Shown: positions 24,418 through 33,493 of the stretch, one piece after another | How positions within the stretch are numbered: position 1 is the stretch's first letter | Layout of the letters: the number at the start of each line of letters is the position of its first letter | Assembly: GCA_963758295.1 (NCBI GenBank) | Contig: CAVWUU010000002.1 | Span: 64,001-128,000, forward strand | Direction of reading: 5' to 3' | Length of the DNA stretch: 64,000 nucleotides | DNA from: Candidatus Eremiobacteria bacterium | GTDB lineage: Bacteria > Vulcanimicrobiota > Vulcanimicrobiia > Vulcanimicrobiales > Vulcanimicrobiaceae | Program-made: the position numbers and the translations under genes | Notes under the pieces: generated by a model | Database searches by the model: none | What the model was told of the DNA's origin: nothing | What the model saw: the letters and a program-made list of their open reading frames with translations, nothing else

Positions 24418-24607
24418 CGTGTTTTTTATCGGTTCAATCCAAACAGAGATTGAAGCGGTGAGGCTCCCAAGTTTCGAAAACAGCAAACCAAGCAGCGTCT
24501 TTTGATCGCGACCCGCGCACGAGAAGGACGCCAGGCTGCTGCCGTATCGTTGGGAACATCGCAGCCCAGTTCCTCGGACACGCCTTGCTTTGGACGGCAA
24601 AGCCGCC
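24404..24607 (-). ncRNA. ssrS: 6S RNA-like long irregular hairpin (strand tentative)
   Basis: Nested stems GTTCCCAA/TTGGGAGC, CAGCAGCC/GGTTTGCTG, GGCGTC/GACGCT, TCGTG/CGCGA; small hairpin TTCAATC..GATTGAA; terminal GCGG/CCGC; more G-U pairs on minus; recalled resemblance to cyanobacterial 6S. Confidence 0.6.
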
Positions 24608-24627
24608 TAGCCGGCAATCTCGCCGCC

Positions 24628-25779
24628 CTAGTGCCGCTCCATGGCAACGTGTGCCGGCTCGTCGGCCGAGTGGTGACAGCAGTGCTCGGTAGGATTGCGC
24701 CGGTATATCTGCCACAGCCAAAGGGCGAGCGCGCCGAAGACGAGATTCAGCCACAAGGTGTAGTTGATGCGGAAGACCGGCTGCGTCACGGCTGAAACCG
24801 GCGGGTGCGCCGGCACGAGATGGAATGCGTTGAACGCAACGTTCATGACGATCGCGGCGATGACCATCGTGCAGTAAAAGATTGCGCCGATGTACGAGGC
24901 CATCTTCCATCCGTAGTACTTGCGATAGACGTCGAGCAGCGGCAAGACGATTAAATCGCCATACAAAAACGCGAGCACGCCGCCGAATCCCGCGCCGCCC
25001 GCCCACAACACCGCCGCCATCGGAACATTGCCGATCGAACAAACGAAAGTTATTACGGCGACGAGCGGCCCTACCAACGCACCACCGATTATCTGCGCCG
25101 CGGGCGGCGAGTGTTGAAAGAACAGCGCGCTCCAGATGCCGTCGGGAACGAATGCCGCAAGAACTCCCGCAACGATGAACCCGACCAGCAGATCTTTCCA
25201 CAACATCGACAAATCCATGGCAGCGTTTTGTGCGACGATCACGGGCGTACGCGTGTCGCGCAAGCGTTCCCAAACCGAGCGGCCTTCCACGACGTTGTCG
25301 CCGTGCTCGTTGCCGGAGGTTTCATCCAAACGCGCGCGAGCTTCTTCGACGAGCTTCTTGGGATAGGTCCCTTTCACCAAGAGCGACAGAATAATTACCA
25401 GCAGGACGCCGCCGATCCACTCCCCGGCCGTGAATTCCCAGCCCATCAAAAAATAGAGAATCAATCCGAGCTCTATCACCAGGTTGGTTGATGAGAACAG
25501 AAACGCGAGCGACGGAACGAGCCCGGCGCCTTTTTTGAATAACGTCTTGCTCAGCGCCGAAGCGGCATACGAACAGCTCGAACTGGCTGCCCCATAAAGC
25601 GTGGCCAGCGCGATTTCGCGCGCGCCGTCGCGTCCGAGCGCGCGCTGCATGCGATCGCGAGGCACAACGGCCTGCACCAAGCCGGAAAGAATGAGGCCTA
25701 AAACCAGGCTCCAGCCGACTTGCCAAGCCATGCCCGCCGCGATTTCAAGCGCACGTAAGAGGGCCGAGAAAAACGCCAT
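24628..25779 (-). CDS. Permease (DUF318/ArsP-like)
   Basis: SSSCSY, STNLVIELG, FVCSIGNVP; multiple TM; His/Cys-rich C-terminus. Confidence 0.8.
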   Translation of the reverse strand: MAFFSALLRALEIAAGMAWQVGWSLVLGLILSGLVQAVVPRDRMQRALGRDGAREIALATLYGAASSSCSYAASALSKTLFKKGAGLVPSLAFLFSSTNLVIELGLILYFLMGWEFTAGEWIGGVLLVIILSLLVKGTYPKKLVEEARARLDETSGNEHGDNVVEGRSVWERLRDTRTPVIVAQNAAMDLSMLWKDLLVGFIVAGVLAAFVPDGIWSALFFQHSPPAAQIIGGALVGPLVAVITFVCSIGNVPMAAVLWAGGAGFGGVLAFLYGDLIVLPLLDVYRKYYGWKMASYIGAIFYCTMVIAAIVMNVAFNAFHLVPAHPPVSAVTQPVFRINYTLWLNLVFGALALWLWQIYRRNPTEHCCHHSADEPAHVAMERH

Positions 25780-25809
25780 ACCGCTCTTCTTAACCCCCTT
25801 TTTGGGCTT

Positions 25810-26688
25810 TTAGCTGCTTTTTCGGTCGGCGAAGACCAAAGCGACTAATCCAACGAGCACGAGTGCCATGCCGCCGCCCTCGAGCCATGTTGGCACTTCT
25901 CCGAGTTGCAACCATGCCGCAAATACGCCGACGATGGGATTCGCGAGGGTTCCCATGCTGGCATCGCGTGCGGGCAGCTTCGCCAAGATGAACGTCCACA
26001 AAAAGTATGCAAGCGCCGTCGCTAGCACGATATTGTAAGCCACGGCAAAGTCGAACGACATGGTCCATGCGGTTAGATGCGAGGGCACGAACCACGCGAT
26101 TGCGGCCAGCGCAACGCCGCCTGCGACCATCTGCCACATCGTGAGCGAATAGACGTCGACGTTATGTTCTTGCTGAACGCGCTTGGTAACGATTACTCCG
26201 ATAGCCCAAGCGATGCCGGCTGCAAGTGCGAGCATCGAAGGGAGCAATCCGTGCTTTAGCGGTCCGATCATGCAGGCAACGCCCGCAAAGGCAATTGCGA
26301 TTGCACCCGCCTGCCGCCAATTCAACTTTTCCCCGAGCGTCGGCCACGCAAGGAGACAGACCCACAGCGGCATGGTGTACGCAAGCATCGCGACTTGTCC
26401 CGCGCCGGCCGTAACCACTGCCCACGTAACAAGCCCGACAAACGCGGTTGTTTGGAAAAGCCCGATCCACACGTATTGCCATGGATACTCCGGGCGGAGA
26501 TTTCTCTTCGCAATCATCGCACCGAGCAACAGGGCACATCCGCCGCCGAGAGTGCGCAATGCGGCAAACGCAAACGGCGATGCGTCTTGCACCGCTATTT
26601 TCATGACGACCCAGTTGTAGCCCCAAATCAATGAGAGCAGGGCGAGCGCTAAAAACGCGACGCGGCGATTGTTATCGAGTTGAGGCAC
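25810..26688 (-). CDS. EamA/DMT family transporter
   Basis: LIWGYNWVVMK, about 10 TM helices, LGE motifs. Confidence 0.85.
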   Translation of the reverse strand: MPQLDNNRRVAFLALALLSLIWGYNWVVMKIAVQDASPFAFAALRTLGGGCALLLGAMIAKRNLRPEYPWQYVWIGLFQTTAFVGLVTWAVVTAGAGQVAMLAYTMPLWVCLLAWPTLGEKLNWRQAGAIAIAFAGVACMIGPLKHGLLPSMLALAAGIAWAIGVIVTKRVQQEHNVDVYSLTMWQMVAGGVALAAIAWFVPSHLTAWTMSFDFAVAYNIVLATALAYFLWTFILAKLPARDASMGTLANPIVGVFAAWLQLGEVPTWLEGGGMALVLVGLVALVFADRKSS

Positions 26689-27603
26689 GCCGGAGACGAT
26701 CCATGATCGCGACGCCGATTCCTTTTTCCGGAACCGGGTCGGCATCGATGCGCTCCAATCCCAATTCATCCAACTCGTGCAGACACTCGAAAAGATGCGA
26801 TGCCGCTTCGCGAATGTCGCCATTTTCAGACAATATTCGCACCGCATCGTATCCCGGTTGCGCTTCGCGAAAAGCCAGAAGCCCGGCTCCGCGCCGCTCT
26901 TCCATCGGTGCGTTGGGGTCTAGAATGTTGATCGGCGTGCGCGGCGCGTAGTGCTGCGGCAGTCTTCCCGGTGCGAGCGGTTTCGCTTCATCTGAAAGTT
27001 CTCGTGAGAGCGGTCCGACGATCGCCTCGATCGATTCCGCGGCAATCGCGCCGGCGCGTAACAGCGTTGGCTGCGGCTCGAGCATCACAATCGTCGACTC
27101 AACGCCGTATTCCGTTGGGCCGCCGTCGACGATCATATCGACGCGACTTCCAAGCATGCGTTCTACGTGCTGCGCGCGCGTCGGGCTCAGATACCCGAAC
27201 GGATTTGCGCTTGGCGCCGCAAGCGGCACGGCAGCGCGCGACAGAAGTTCTCGAGCAACCGGATGCGCCGGCATTCGAACGGCAACCGTCGGCAGACCCG
27301 ACGTGACGAGGCTCGGAATGCTTGGTTGTTTCTGTAGAACAAGTGTAAGCGGCCCGGGCCAAAAAGCGTCGATCAACGCACGCGCGGGTTCGGACACCGA
27401 ACTTACCACGGTATTAAGCATCTCTTCGTCGACGACGTGCACGATCAGCGGATCGAACGTAGGACGCGCTTTGATTTCGAAGATGCGCGCGACGGCAGTA
27501 GCATCAAACGCGCAGGCACCGAGCCCATAAACGGTCTCGGTTGGAAACGCGACGACCGCGCCGCCGCGTAAGAGCGCGGCAGCACGATCGAGCGTATCGC
27601 TAT
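26672..27603 (-). CDS. sua5: Threonylcarbamoyl-AMP synthase (Sua5/TsaC); start codon appears to lack one base
   Basis: Frame extends upstream of the tracked ORF through VVAFPTETVYGLGA..KARP.FDPLIVH; FWPGPLT, AAPSAN, HYAP; AT(G)AGCGAT at 27603. Confidence 0.9.
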
Positions 27604-27606
27604 CGG

Positions 27607-28164
27607 CTAGTGCGATTGGCGGCGCGTGACCGAGTTCACGCGAACCTGGATGACGGTGCCGTGCGTGACGTTCACGTTCTGCTTGTTATTTTTCGCAAGC
27701 AAGAATCCGCCCGCGGCGCCCAAGAAGCCGCCTGCACCTGTGTGAAAAACCGTTTTACCGATCATGTTTCCGACCAGCATGCCGGCAAGTGCGCCGCCAA
27801 CTTCTTTGGCGGTATTGTTCTTCGTGCTGGTTTTCGTTTGCGTCACGGTCGTGTCGACGGAATACGTCGCGCGACTCGTCACCAAACGAGAGAATGTAAG
27901 AGCGATCTTTCCGGGGCGTCCTTGTCCCGCAGGTTGCACTGCCGACACACGACCGTAGAGCGTGCCGCCCGTAACCGAGCCGCTGCCGTCAGCGGAGGTA
28001 ACGTTCGATAGCGTCACCGACTCACCGACGTACGCGTGGTTGCTGGACAAATCTTGATTGATCGTGCCGTTCAGGAGCGATCCTGAAGTAAGAGCCGCCT
28101 GCGCCGCAATCGCCGTAGAAGCGATAAGGGCGAGCATGGTTCCTCCGGCGATGCGAAGTCGCAT
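27607..28164 (-). CDS. Secreted protein with glycine-zipper-like segment
   Basis: GGAGG RBS, signal peptide, GGALAGMLVGNMIG. Confidence 0.7.
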   Translation of the reverse strand: MRLRIAGGTMLALIASTAIAAQAALTSGSLLNGTINQDLSSNHAYVGESVTLSNVTSADGSGSVTGGTLYGRVSAVQPAGQGRPGKIALTFSRLVTSRATYSVDTTVTQTKTSTKNNTAKEVGGALAGMLVGNMIGKTVFHTGAGGFLGAAGGFLLAKNNKQNVNVTHGTVIQVRVNSVTRRQSH

Positions 28165-28250
28165 ACGATGCTTGACCTCCAAACGAAAAAGGGTTCGATG
28201 TGAACCCTTTTCCCATTTTTGCCCGGTTTCTTGCACTAGGGGCAAGCGTG

Positions 28251-28529
28251 CTACTGAATGGCGTAAACCGGAACTTTGCCCTTGATCAGCGAGATCTTAA
28301 TCGTCTGGTTCGCTTGAACGCGGGAGAAATCGGCGGAACCTTGGGCGATGAGGATCGTCTCAACGCCGTTGTCCATCAGCACGGTCGCGTGCTTCGCATC
28401 CTGCACTTTTTCGACTTTGACGGTGTAGGTGCCGTCGGGAACGAGGGACGGGTCAACGGTAGCGGCGCTCGCGAGCACCGGGGCTGCGACGGCAGCGGCA
28501 AAAAGGGCGGAAACCAGAAGTTTGGGCAC
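28251..28529 (-). CDS. Small secreted hypothetical protein
   Basis: GAGGAG RBS, signal peptide, beta-rich body. Confidence 0.7.
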   Translation of the reverse strand: MPKLLVSALFAAAVAAPVLASAATVDPSLVPDGTYTVKVEKVQDAKHATVLMDNGVETILIAQGSADFSRVQANQTIKISLIKGKVPVYAIQ

Positions 28530-28562
28530 GGGGTAGGGCTCCTCAATGAATGAAATTGGCGC

Positions 28563-29318
28563 CTATGGATTCTCGACACTGACCTTCACGTTGCCTGTCT
28601 CAGTTAGCAGAAAAACTAGTGCTGAACGGCCCACAGATGGTAAAGGATTGGTAACGGTGCCCGTTCCGGCCGTGGCGTCGTACCTCGCACGGAAATTTTT
28701 CGGGACGCTCAGGGCGAGATTTCCGGTCTGCGCCTCGAGCCTGACCAGGTTTCCGGAGAAGCCCGGAGCCAAGGCTGCCTCAACGTTCCCGGCCCGCGCG
28801 GTAAGCGCGAGCGCCGCATGCGCTCCGTAGACGCGCACGCTGCCCGTTTCGGCCAGTGCCGTCACGGAACCGAGAGGATTCATCACCGTGATGCCGCCAC
28901 TGCTGCTGTAAATCTCCACGGGCGTCCGCGGCTTCGTTACAAAAACCGTGCCGCCGAATTGCCGCACGCGCAACGAAAGGCCCGGCGGATAACGGACTTC
29001 GAAAACATGTCCGTTGCTGCCGGAAAACGGCAAAGCCAGGGGACCGCGTGCCTTGATCGTAAGCTTCAACGTTTTTCCGTCACGCGCAATCTCGTACGCC
29101 GGCGCGGTCGCAATGGTGCCGGAGGCCTTCACGTGTACCTGAACGGCCTTCAGCCATGGATCGGGAACAGCAACGAGATCGCCGGAGCGCACGTCGATCT
29201 CCAGCGCGGACGCGCCGTTGACTGCGAAGTTTCTCTCGGCCGAAGGTTGCGCTATAGCGCAAACCGTCGCGGCGGCAAGCGCAAACGCGCCTGCGAGAAG
29301 GAAGCGGCGCAATTTCAT
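28563..29318 (-). CDS. Secreted DUF4097-like (adhesin-type beta-repeat) protein
   Basis: Signal peptide; repeated xSGxI/V beta motifs. Confidence 0.6.
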   Translation of the reverse strand: MKLRRFLLAGAFALAAATVCAIAQPSAERNFAVNGASALEIDVRSGDLVAVPDPWLKAVQVHVKASGTIATAPAYEIARDGKTLKLTIKARGPLALPFSGSNGHVFEVRYPPGLSLRVRQFGGTVFVTKPRTPVEIYSSSGGITVMNPLGSVTALAETGSVRVYGAHAALALTARAGNVEAALAPGFSGNLVRLEAQTGNLALSVPKNFRARYDATAGTGTVTNPLPSVGRSALVFLLTETGNVKVSVENP

Positions 29319-29333
29319 CTCAGTGATTGTATC

Positions 29334-30458
29334 ATGCTCGCCGAATTTCGTTTAGAATCGTTTTTCGCCGAATGGGAATTCAAAGCGCGCTATCACTTAA
29401 CCGCCTCGGACGCGGAAACGATGACGCTACGCGAACTCCTTGCGCTCGCGGACGATGAAGACGCCGCGCGCTGGGACCGGCTCGCCCTCGGCTACGTAGA
29501 AACGCAAGGGACACCGGCACTTCGCGCCGCCATTGCCGCCACGTACGAATCAATCGGCGCGGAGGAACTTCTTTGCTTTGCCGGTGCGGAAGAAGGATTG
29601 TACTGCGCCCTGAACGCGCTATTGAGTGCGGGCGATCACGCCGTGATCACCATTCCAAATTACCAGTCGATGGAAACGGTGCCGCTCGCGATTTGCGACG
29701 TAACGGGCATTCCATTACGTCCGGAAAACGACTGGGAGCTGGATGTCGAGGAAGTGCGAAAAGCGCTGCGGCCCAACACGCGGCTCGTTGCGATAAACTT
29801 TCCGCATAATCCAACAGGCAAAGTGCTTTCGCACGAGGCGTTTGACCGGCTCGTTGCGCTCTGCGCCGAACGAGAACTCTATCTTTTCAGCGACGAAGTC
29901 TATCGCGGCATCGAACGCGACGATGCGTTGCGTCTACCACAAGCCGCGGATCGGTACGATCGTGCTTTCTCGCTAAACGTCGTCTCCAAAGCGTACGGCT
30001 TGCCGGGTCTGCGTGTCGGCTGGATCGCGTCCAAAGATCGAGCTGCGCTTGCGAAGATGCTGCATCTCAAGCATTATCTTTCGATTTGCAACGCCGCGCC
30101 AAGCGAAGTTCTTGCGACGGTCGCGTTGAAGGCGCAGCCGCAAATTTTCACGCGCGTTCGATCGCTCGTAACGGAGAATTTGCGCCAGCTCAATTCGTTC
30201 TTCGCGCGCCATGCGCAGTGGTTCGAATGGCATGAGCCCGGCGGCGGCTGTGTCGCGTTCCCGCGCTATCTCGGCGCGGACGGCGTGGAGTCGTTTTGCC
30301 GCGCGGTGCTCGAGCGCGAAGGCGTGCTCTTACTGCCGGCCTCGGTTTATCGCTCGGAACTCGGCCCCGTTCCTATAGACCGATTCCGCATTGGATACGG
30401 CCGCAAGGCGATGCGTGAAGCCCTCGAAGCCTTGGAGCGCGCGATGCCTCCGCGCTAA
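29334..30458 (+). CDS. PLP-dependent aminotransferase class I/II
   Basis: NFPHNPTG, FSDEVY, SKAYGLPGLRVGW, RIGYG; start MLAEFRLE. Confidence 0.9.
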   Translation: MLAEFRLESFFAEWEFKARYHLTASDAETMTLRELLALADDEDAARWDRLALGYVETQGTPALRAAIAATYESIGAEELLCFAGAEEGLYCALNALLSAGDHAVITIPNYQSMETVPLAICDVTGIPLRPENDWELDVEEVRKALRPNTRLVAINFPHNPTGKVLSHEAFDRLVALCAERELYLFSDEVYRGIERDDALRLPQAADRYDRAFSLNVVSKAYGLPGLRVGWIASKDRAALAKMLHLKHYLSICNAAPSEVLATVALKAQPQIFTRVRSLVTENLRQLNSFFARHAQWFEWHEPGGGCVAFPRYLGADGVESFCRAVLEREGVLLLPASVYRSELGPVPIDRFRIGYGRKAMREALEALERAMPPR

Positions 30459-30784
30459 GACGCAACGGCAACGGCGGCGCGGGCGGCATGCACGTGACCG
30501 ATCATGCGGACGACGCGCCGTTCTAAACCGGGCGCCTCCGGATCGGCAAGCACCGACCGTCCGCAGTGCAACGCTTCTTCCAGTTCGCTCAACAGTTCCC
30601 GAATTGTCGCTGTATCGCCGGGTACAGCGACAACACGCGCTTCCATAAGAAGCTCGTCAATGTCTCGTGCCGCGGTGGCGACACTATCGAGTGATTGCGA
30701 TGCCGTCCGCTGGATCGACGTGGCAAGCTCGTCCTCAATGCTGCGAAGACGCGTCGCTAGACGCGCCAATATCGCCGTGGTCAT
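30455..30784 (-). CDS. Hypothetical helical protein
   Basis: GGAGGG RBS, 109 aa ORF. Confidence 0.6.
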   Translation of the reverse strand: MTTAILARLATRLRSIEDELATSIQRTASQSLDSVATAARDIDELLMEARVVAVPGDTATIRELLSELEEALHCGRSVLADPEAPGLERRVVRMIGHVHAARAAVAVAS

Positions 30785-30862
30785 TGTCCCTCCGGTGTTC
30801 CCCGCGCTTCCAGTGTACCGCTTATTATGAAAAAGGTCAGTATGGGACCGAGCTAGAGTTTT

Positions 30863-31495
30863 TTAAAGGGACTGCGCCGCCCGAGCGATCTGCTTGAGAT
30901 CGTCTACGAAACGGGCCAGTTCCGCGTGCCGGGACTCGTCGTCCATGGCCCGCAGGATCGACGAGGGATGCACCGTCGCGATGACGTGCCCCGCCAGCTC
31001 CGACGAAAAGACCTCGCCCCGGTGCTCCGTCAAACGGAATGCCGGCCCTAAGAGCGCCTGCGCGGCCGTTGCCCCGAGCGCGACTACGATCTCCGGCCGG
31101 ACCGTCTTGATCTCAGCCTCCAGCCACGGCCGGCACGCGCGGATTTCGATGACGCGCGGCTTACTGTGAATGCGCCGCTTTCCTCGCTCGATGAACTTGA
31201 AGTGCTTCACCGCGTTGGTGATGTACACGTTACGCTCATCGATCCCGGCGTCGCTCATGGCCTTGCGCAACAATTTCCCGGCCGGTCCGACAAACGGATG
31301 GCCTTCGCGGTCTTCGCTATCGCCGGGTTGTTCGCCGACGAACATTAACTTCGCGCGCGCCTTGCCTTCTCCGAAAACCGTTTGCGTTGCGTACTTGTAC
31401 AAATCGCAGCCGTGGCAATGCGAAGCGGCTTCCCGCAAGCTCTTCAAGGAGTATTTCGCGGGAAGAAAGCCGGCCGCCGATTCGCGCACTGCCAT
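30863..31495 (-). CDS. udgX: UdgX family uracil-DNA binding protein (family 4 UDG, Fe-S)
   Basis: CHGCDL, VGEQPG, TNAVKHFKF, KRRIH loop, HPS. Confidence 0.9.
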   Translation of the reverse strand: MAVRESAAGFLPAKYSLKSLREAASHCHGCDLYKYATQTVFGEGKARAKLMFVGEQPGDSEDREGHPFVGPAGKLLRKAMSDAGIDERNVYITNAVKHFKFIERGKRRIHSKPRVIEIRACRPWLEAEIKTVRPEIVVALGATAAQALLGPAFRLTEHRGEVFSSELAGHVIATVHPSSILRAMDDESRHAELARFVDDLKQIARAAQSL

Positions 31496-31498
31496 AGG

Positions 31499-32212
31499 TT
31501 ATAAATTAATACCCAGTGCCGAACGCAGCCAACGCGCGCCCGATTCAGACACGGTCAGGGCACGCGTGCCGTCCTTTCGTGCAATCCACCGGCGATGGAG
31601 AAATGCCGTGCATAGGGCGGCGCCGAGCGCGCCTGCCAAATGCGGACGCCGCTCGCTCCAGTCGACGCACTGATAAGCAAAACGGCGGCGCGCCGTGCGA
31701 ATCGCCGGCATGTCTATCCCGAGTTCGGCGAAGAACACTTCGCCTACGGGGGTCGGCCGGAACGATTCATTGCGAACGGGTGTGATGAAGGATCGTTCCA
31801 TAAGACTTTCCGTTACCGCGACTCCGAGCCGTCCCGCAAGGTGATCGTAGCAGCGTCGCGCGTAACGCAACTCGTGTGAAATTCGAGCTTGCGAGAATCC
31901 GGTAACCGGTGTGGGCGGTGCGACGACGGCAAGCGCCTCGAGCGCGCGCGCGACGTCCGCGTTTGCGATCCGGAAGAACCGCCGCCGCCCCTCCGGACGC
32001 ATCGCGACCAACCCGCCGGCGCGAAGTTTCGTAAGATGCGCGGTTGCAGCGTTTGGCGATACGTTGGCGCGGTACGCGAGTTCGCCGGCGGTGCGCTCGC
32101 CGCCGTCGAAGAGGGCGCACAGCATCGCCGCACGCGCGCGATCGCCGATGAGCACCGCGACGGACGCAATGCGAGGATCCGGCGACTGAATGGTGCTGTG
32201 TTTGCGAATCAT
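31499..32212 (-). CDS. ArsR/SmtB family transcriptional regulator
   Basis: HTH, GRRRFFR, RRCYDHLAGRLGV, CVDWSERRPHLAG. Confidence 0.85.
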   Translation of the reverse strand: MIRKHSTIQSPDPRIASVAVLIGDRARAAMLCALFDGGERTAGELAYRANVSPNAATAHLTKLRAGGLVAMRPEGRRRFFRIANADVARALEALAVVAPPTPVTGFSQARISHELRYARRCYDHLAGRLGVAVTESLMERSFITPVRNESFRPTPVGEVFFAELGIDMPAIRTARRRFAYQCVDWSERRPHLAGALGAALCTAFLHRRWIARKDGTRALTVSESGARWLRSALGINL

Positions 32213-32281
32213 GACCCTATTATTCTACCGCGGCGATAGTTCACCGGTTCGTGAACTAATTTGCGTGCGGGCATAGAAAAC

Positions 32282-32317
32282 AAAAGGCCGCCGCGTGCGA
32301 GCGCGGCGGCCTTTTTT
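32282..32317. terminator. Bidirectional intrinsic terminator
   Basis: AAAA-GGCCGCCGCG-loop-CGCGGCGGCC-TTTTTT. Confidence 0.85.
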
Positions 32318-32333
32318 GATTGAGCTAGGAGGA

Positions 32334-33293
32334 CTACTGGATGCAGCCGCCCGCGCTGTTGCTCCAAAGAGGCTGCGTGGGGAAGCTCGTGCCGTTGAGG
32401 CTGGTGTCCTTGAGATTGACCCAGGCGCACTTGTCGCCGATTTCCGAGCCGGAAGCATCATACCAGGCATTGAGCATCGGATCGTTTTCCGATTCAGCCA
32501 TTTCGTGCCCGCCGACAATCGACACGCCGTCAAGATCGCTGCTCGTTACCGACGCGGCCCCACAAGAAGCGCCGGCATCGGGCATATACGGGAGGTTCGT
32601 CCACGAGATCGTCCCACCCGACGCGGACGTCGTACTGTGATAGGCGCAATATTGCGATCCAAAGCCCGACGGCTTGATGCCGTGCGGCATTGCGACGATG
32701 TACTGCGCGTTGACCGTGTAGTTGCCGAAATGCGCGGCGGCTTTCGCCGCTTCGGCCGCCATTTGGCTCTGCGACGGACGCTTGGGCGGCGAGCTGGTCG
32801 TGTCTACGTACGAGCCGCCGAAGTTGTTTGCCGGATTGCCTTCATAAGCGGAGGGATTCTTTTGATAGTATTGCGTTACCGTCGAATTCCACGACGAACC
32901 GCCGACCTTTGCTAAGAAGCTATTGAAGTACGCGCGCACGCCGTTAGGATCGCCCGCTCCATTCCATGCCGATCCCCAATAGACGACGAAGGTCTTCGGT
33001 GACGTTTGAATCGGGCCGCCGTTATACACCAGATTGCTGGTGCTTGCGGAACCAACGCGCGATTGCGCGCCCTCACGCGTAATCCACAGGCCGTCATTGG
33101 CCGGGAAGTAATGAATGAGACGGTTGGCATCGCCTGTGGCGCGATATGCGTCCATCGGACGGAAATCACCGGAACTACTTTGCGTTACTCCCGCACTGTC
33201 CGGAAGCGACGAAGTGCCGCCGCCTCCGCTACACGCGGCGAGTAAAGCCGCCGCTATAACCGCCGGAATAACTCGCACCGAAAAATTGCGCAT
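32334..33293 (-). CDS. Lipoprotein with PHI-1/EXORDIUM-like domain
   Basis: Lipobox LAAC; YNGGP, YCAYH, HEMAE..DP, EIGDKC motifs. Confidence 0.7.
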   Translation of the reverse strand: MRNFSVRVIPAVIAAALLAACSGGGGTSSLPDSAGVTQSSSGDFRPMDAYRATGDANRLIHYFPANDGLWITREGAQSRVGSASTSNLVYNGGPIQTSPKTFVVYWGSAWNGAGDPNGVRAYFNSFLAKVGGSSWNSTVTQYYQKNPSAYEGNPANNFGGSYVDTTSSPPKRPSQSQMAAEAAKAAAHFGNYTVNAQYIVAMPHGIKPSGFGSQYCAYHSTTSASGGTISWTNLPYMPDAGASCGAASVTSSDLDGVSIVGGHEMAESENDPMLNAWYDASGSEIGDKCAWVNLKDTSLNGTSFPTQPLWSNSAGGCIQ

Positions 33294-33493
33294 CCAAGAG
33301 CCCTCCACGAGCAACGGAATACAGGGCTTCCCTGTGCTGCGATGGTAAGCCGCGACCTCCGATGCAACAAGTGGCAAAATGCACCTACTCTAGGCAAACT
33401 CGGAATGCTGCGCATCGCTGCCAAGCGAGGGGTTGCATTGCGCGCCGGCGTTCCGCAAAGGAAGAATGCCGAGGCAAGCGCTGCGCAGTCGCG

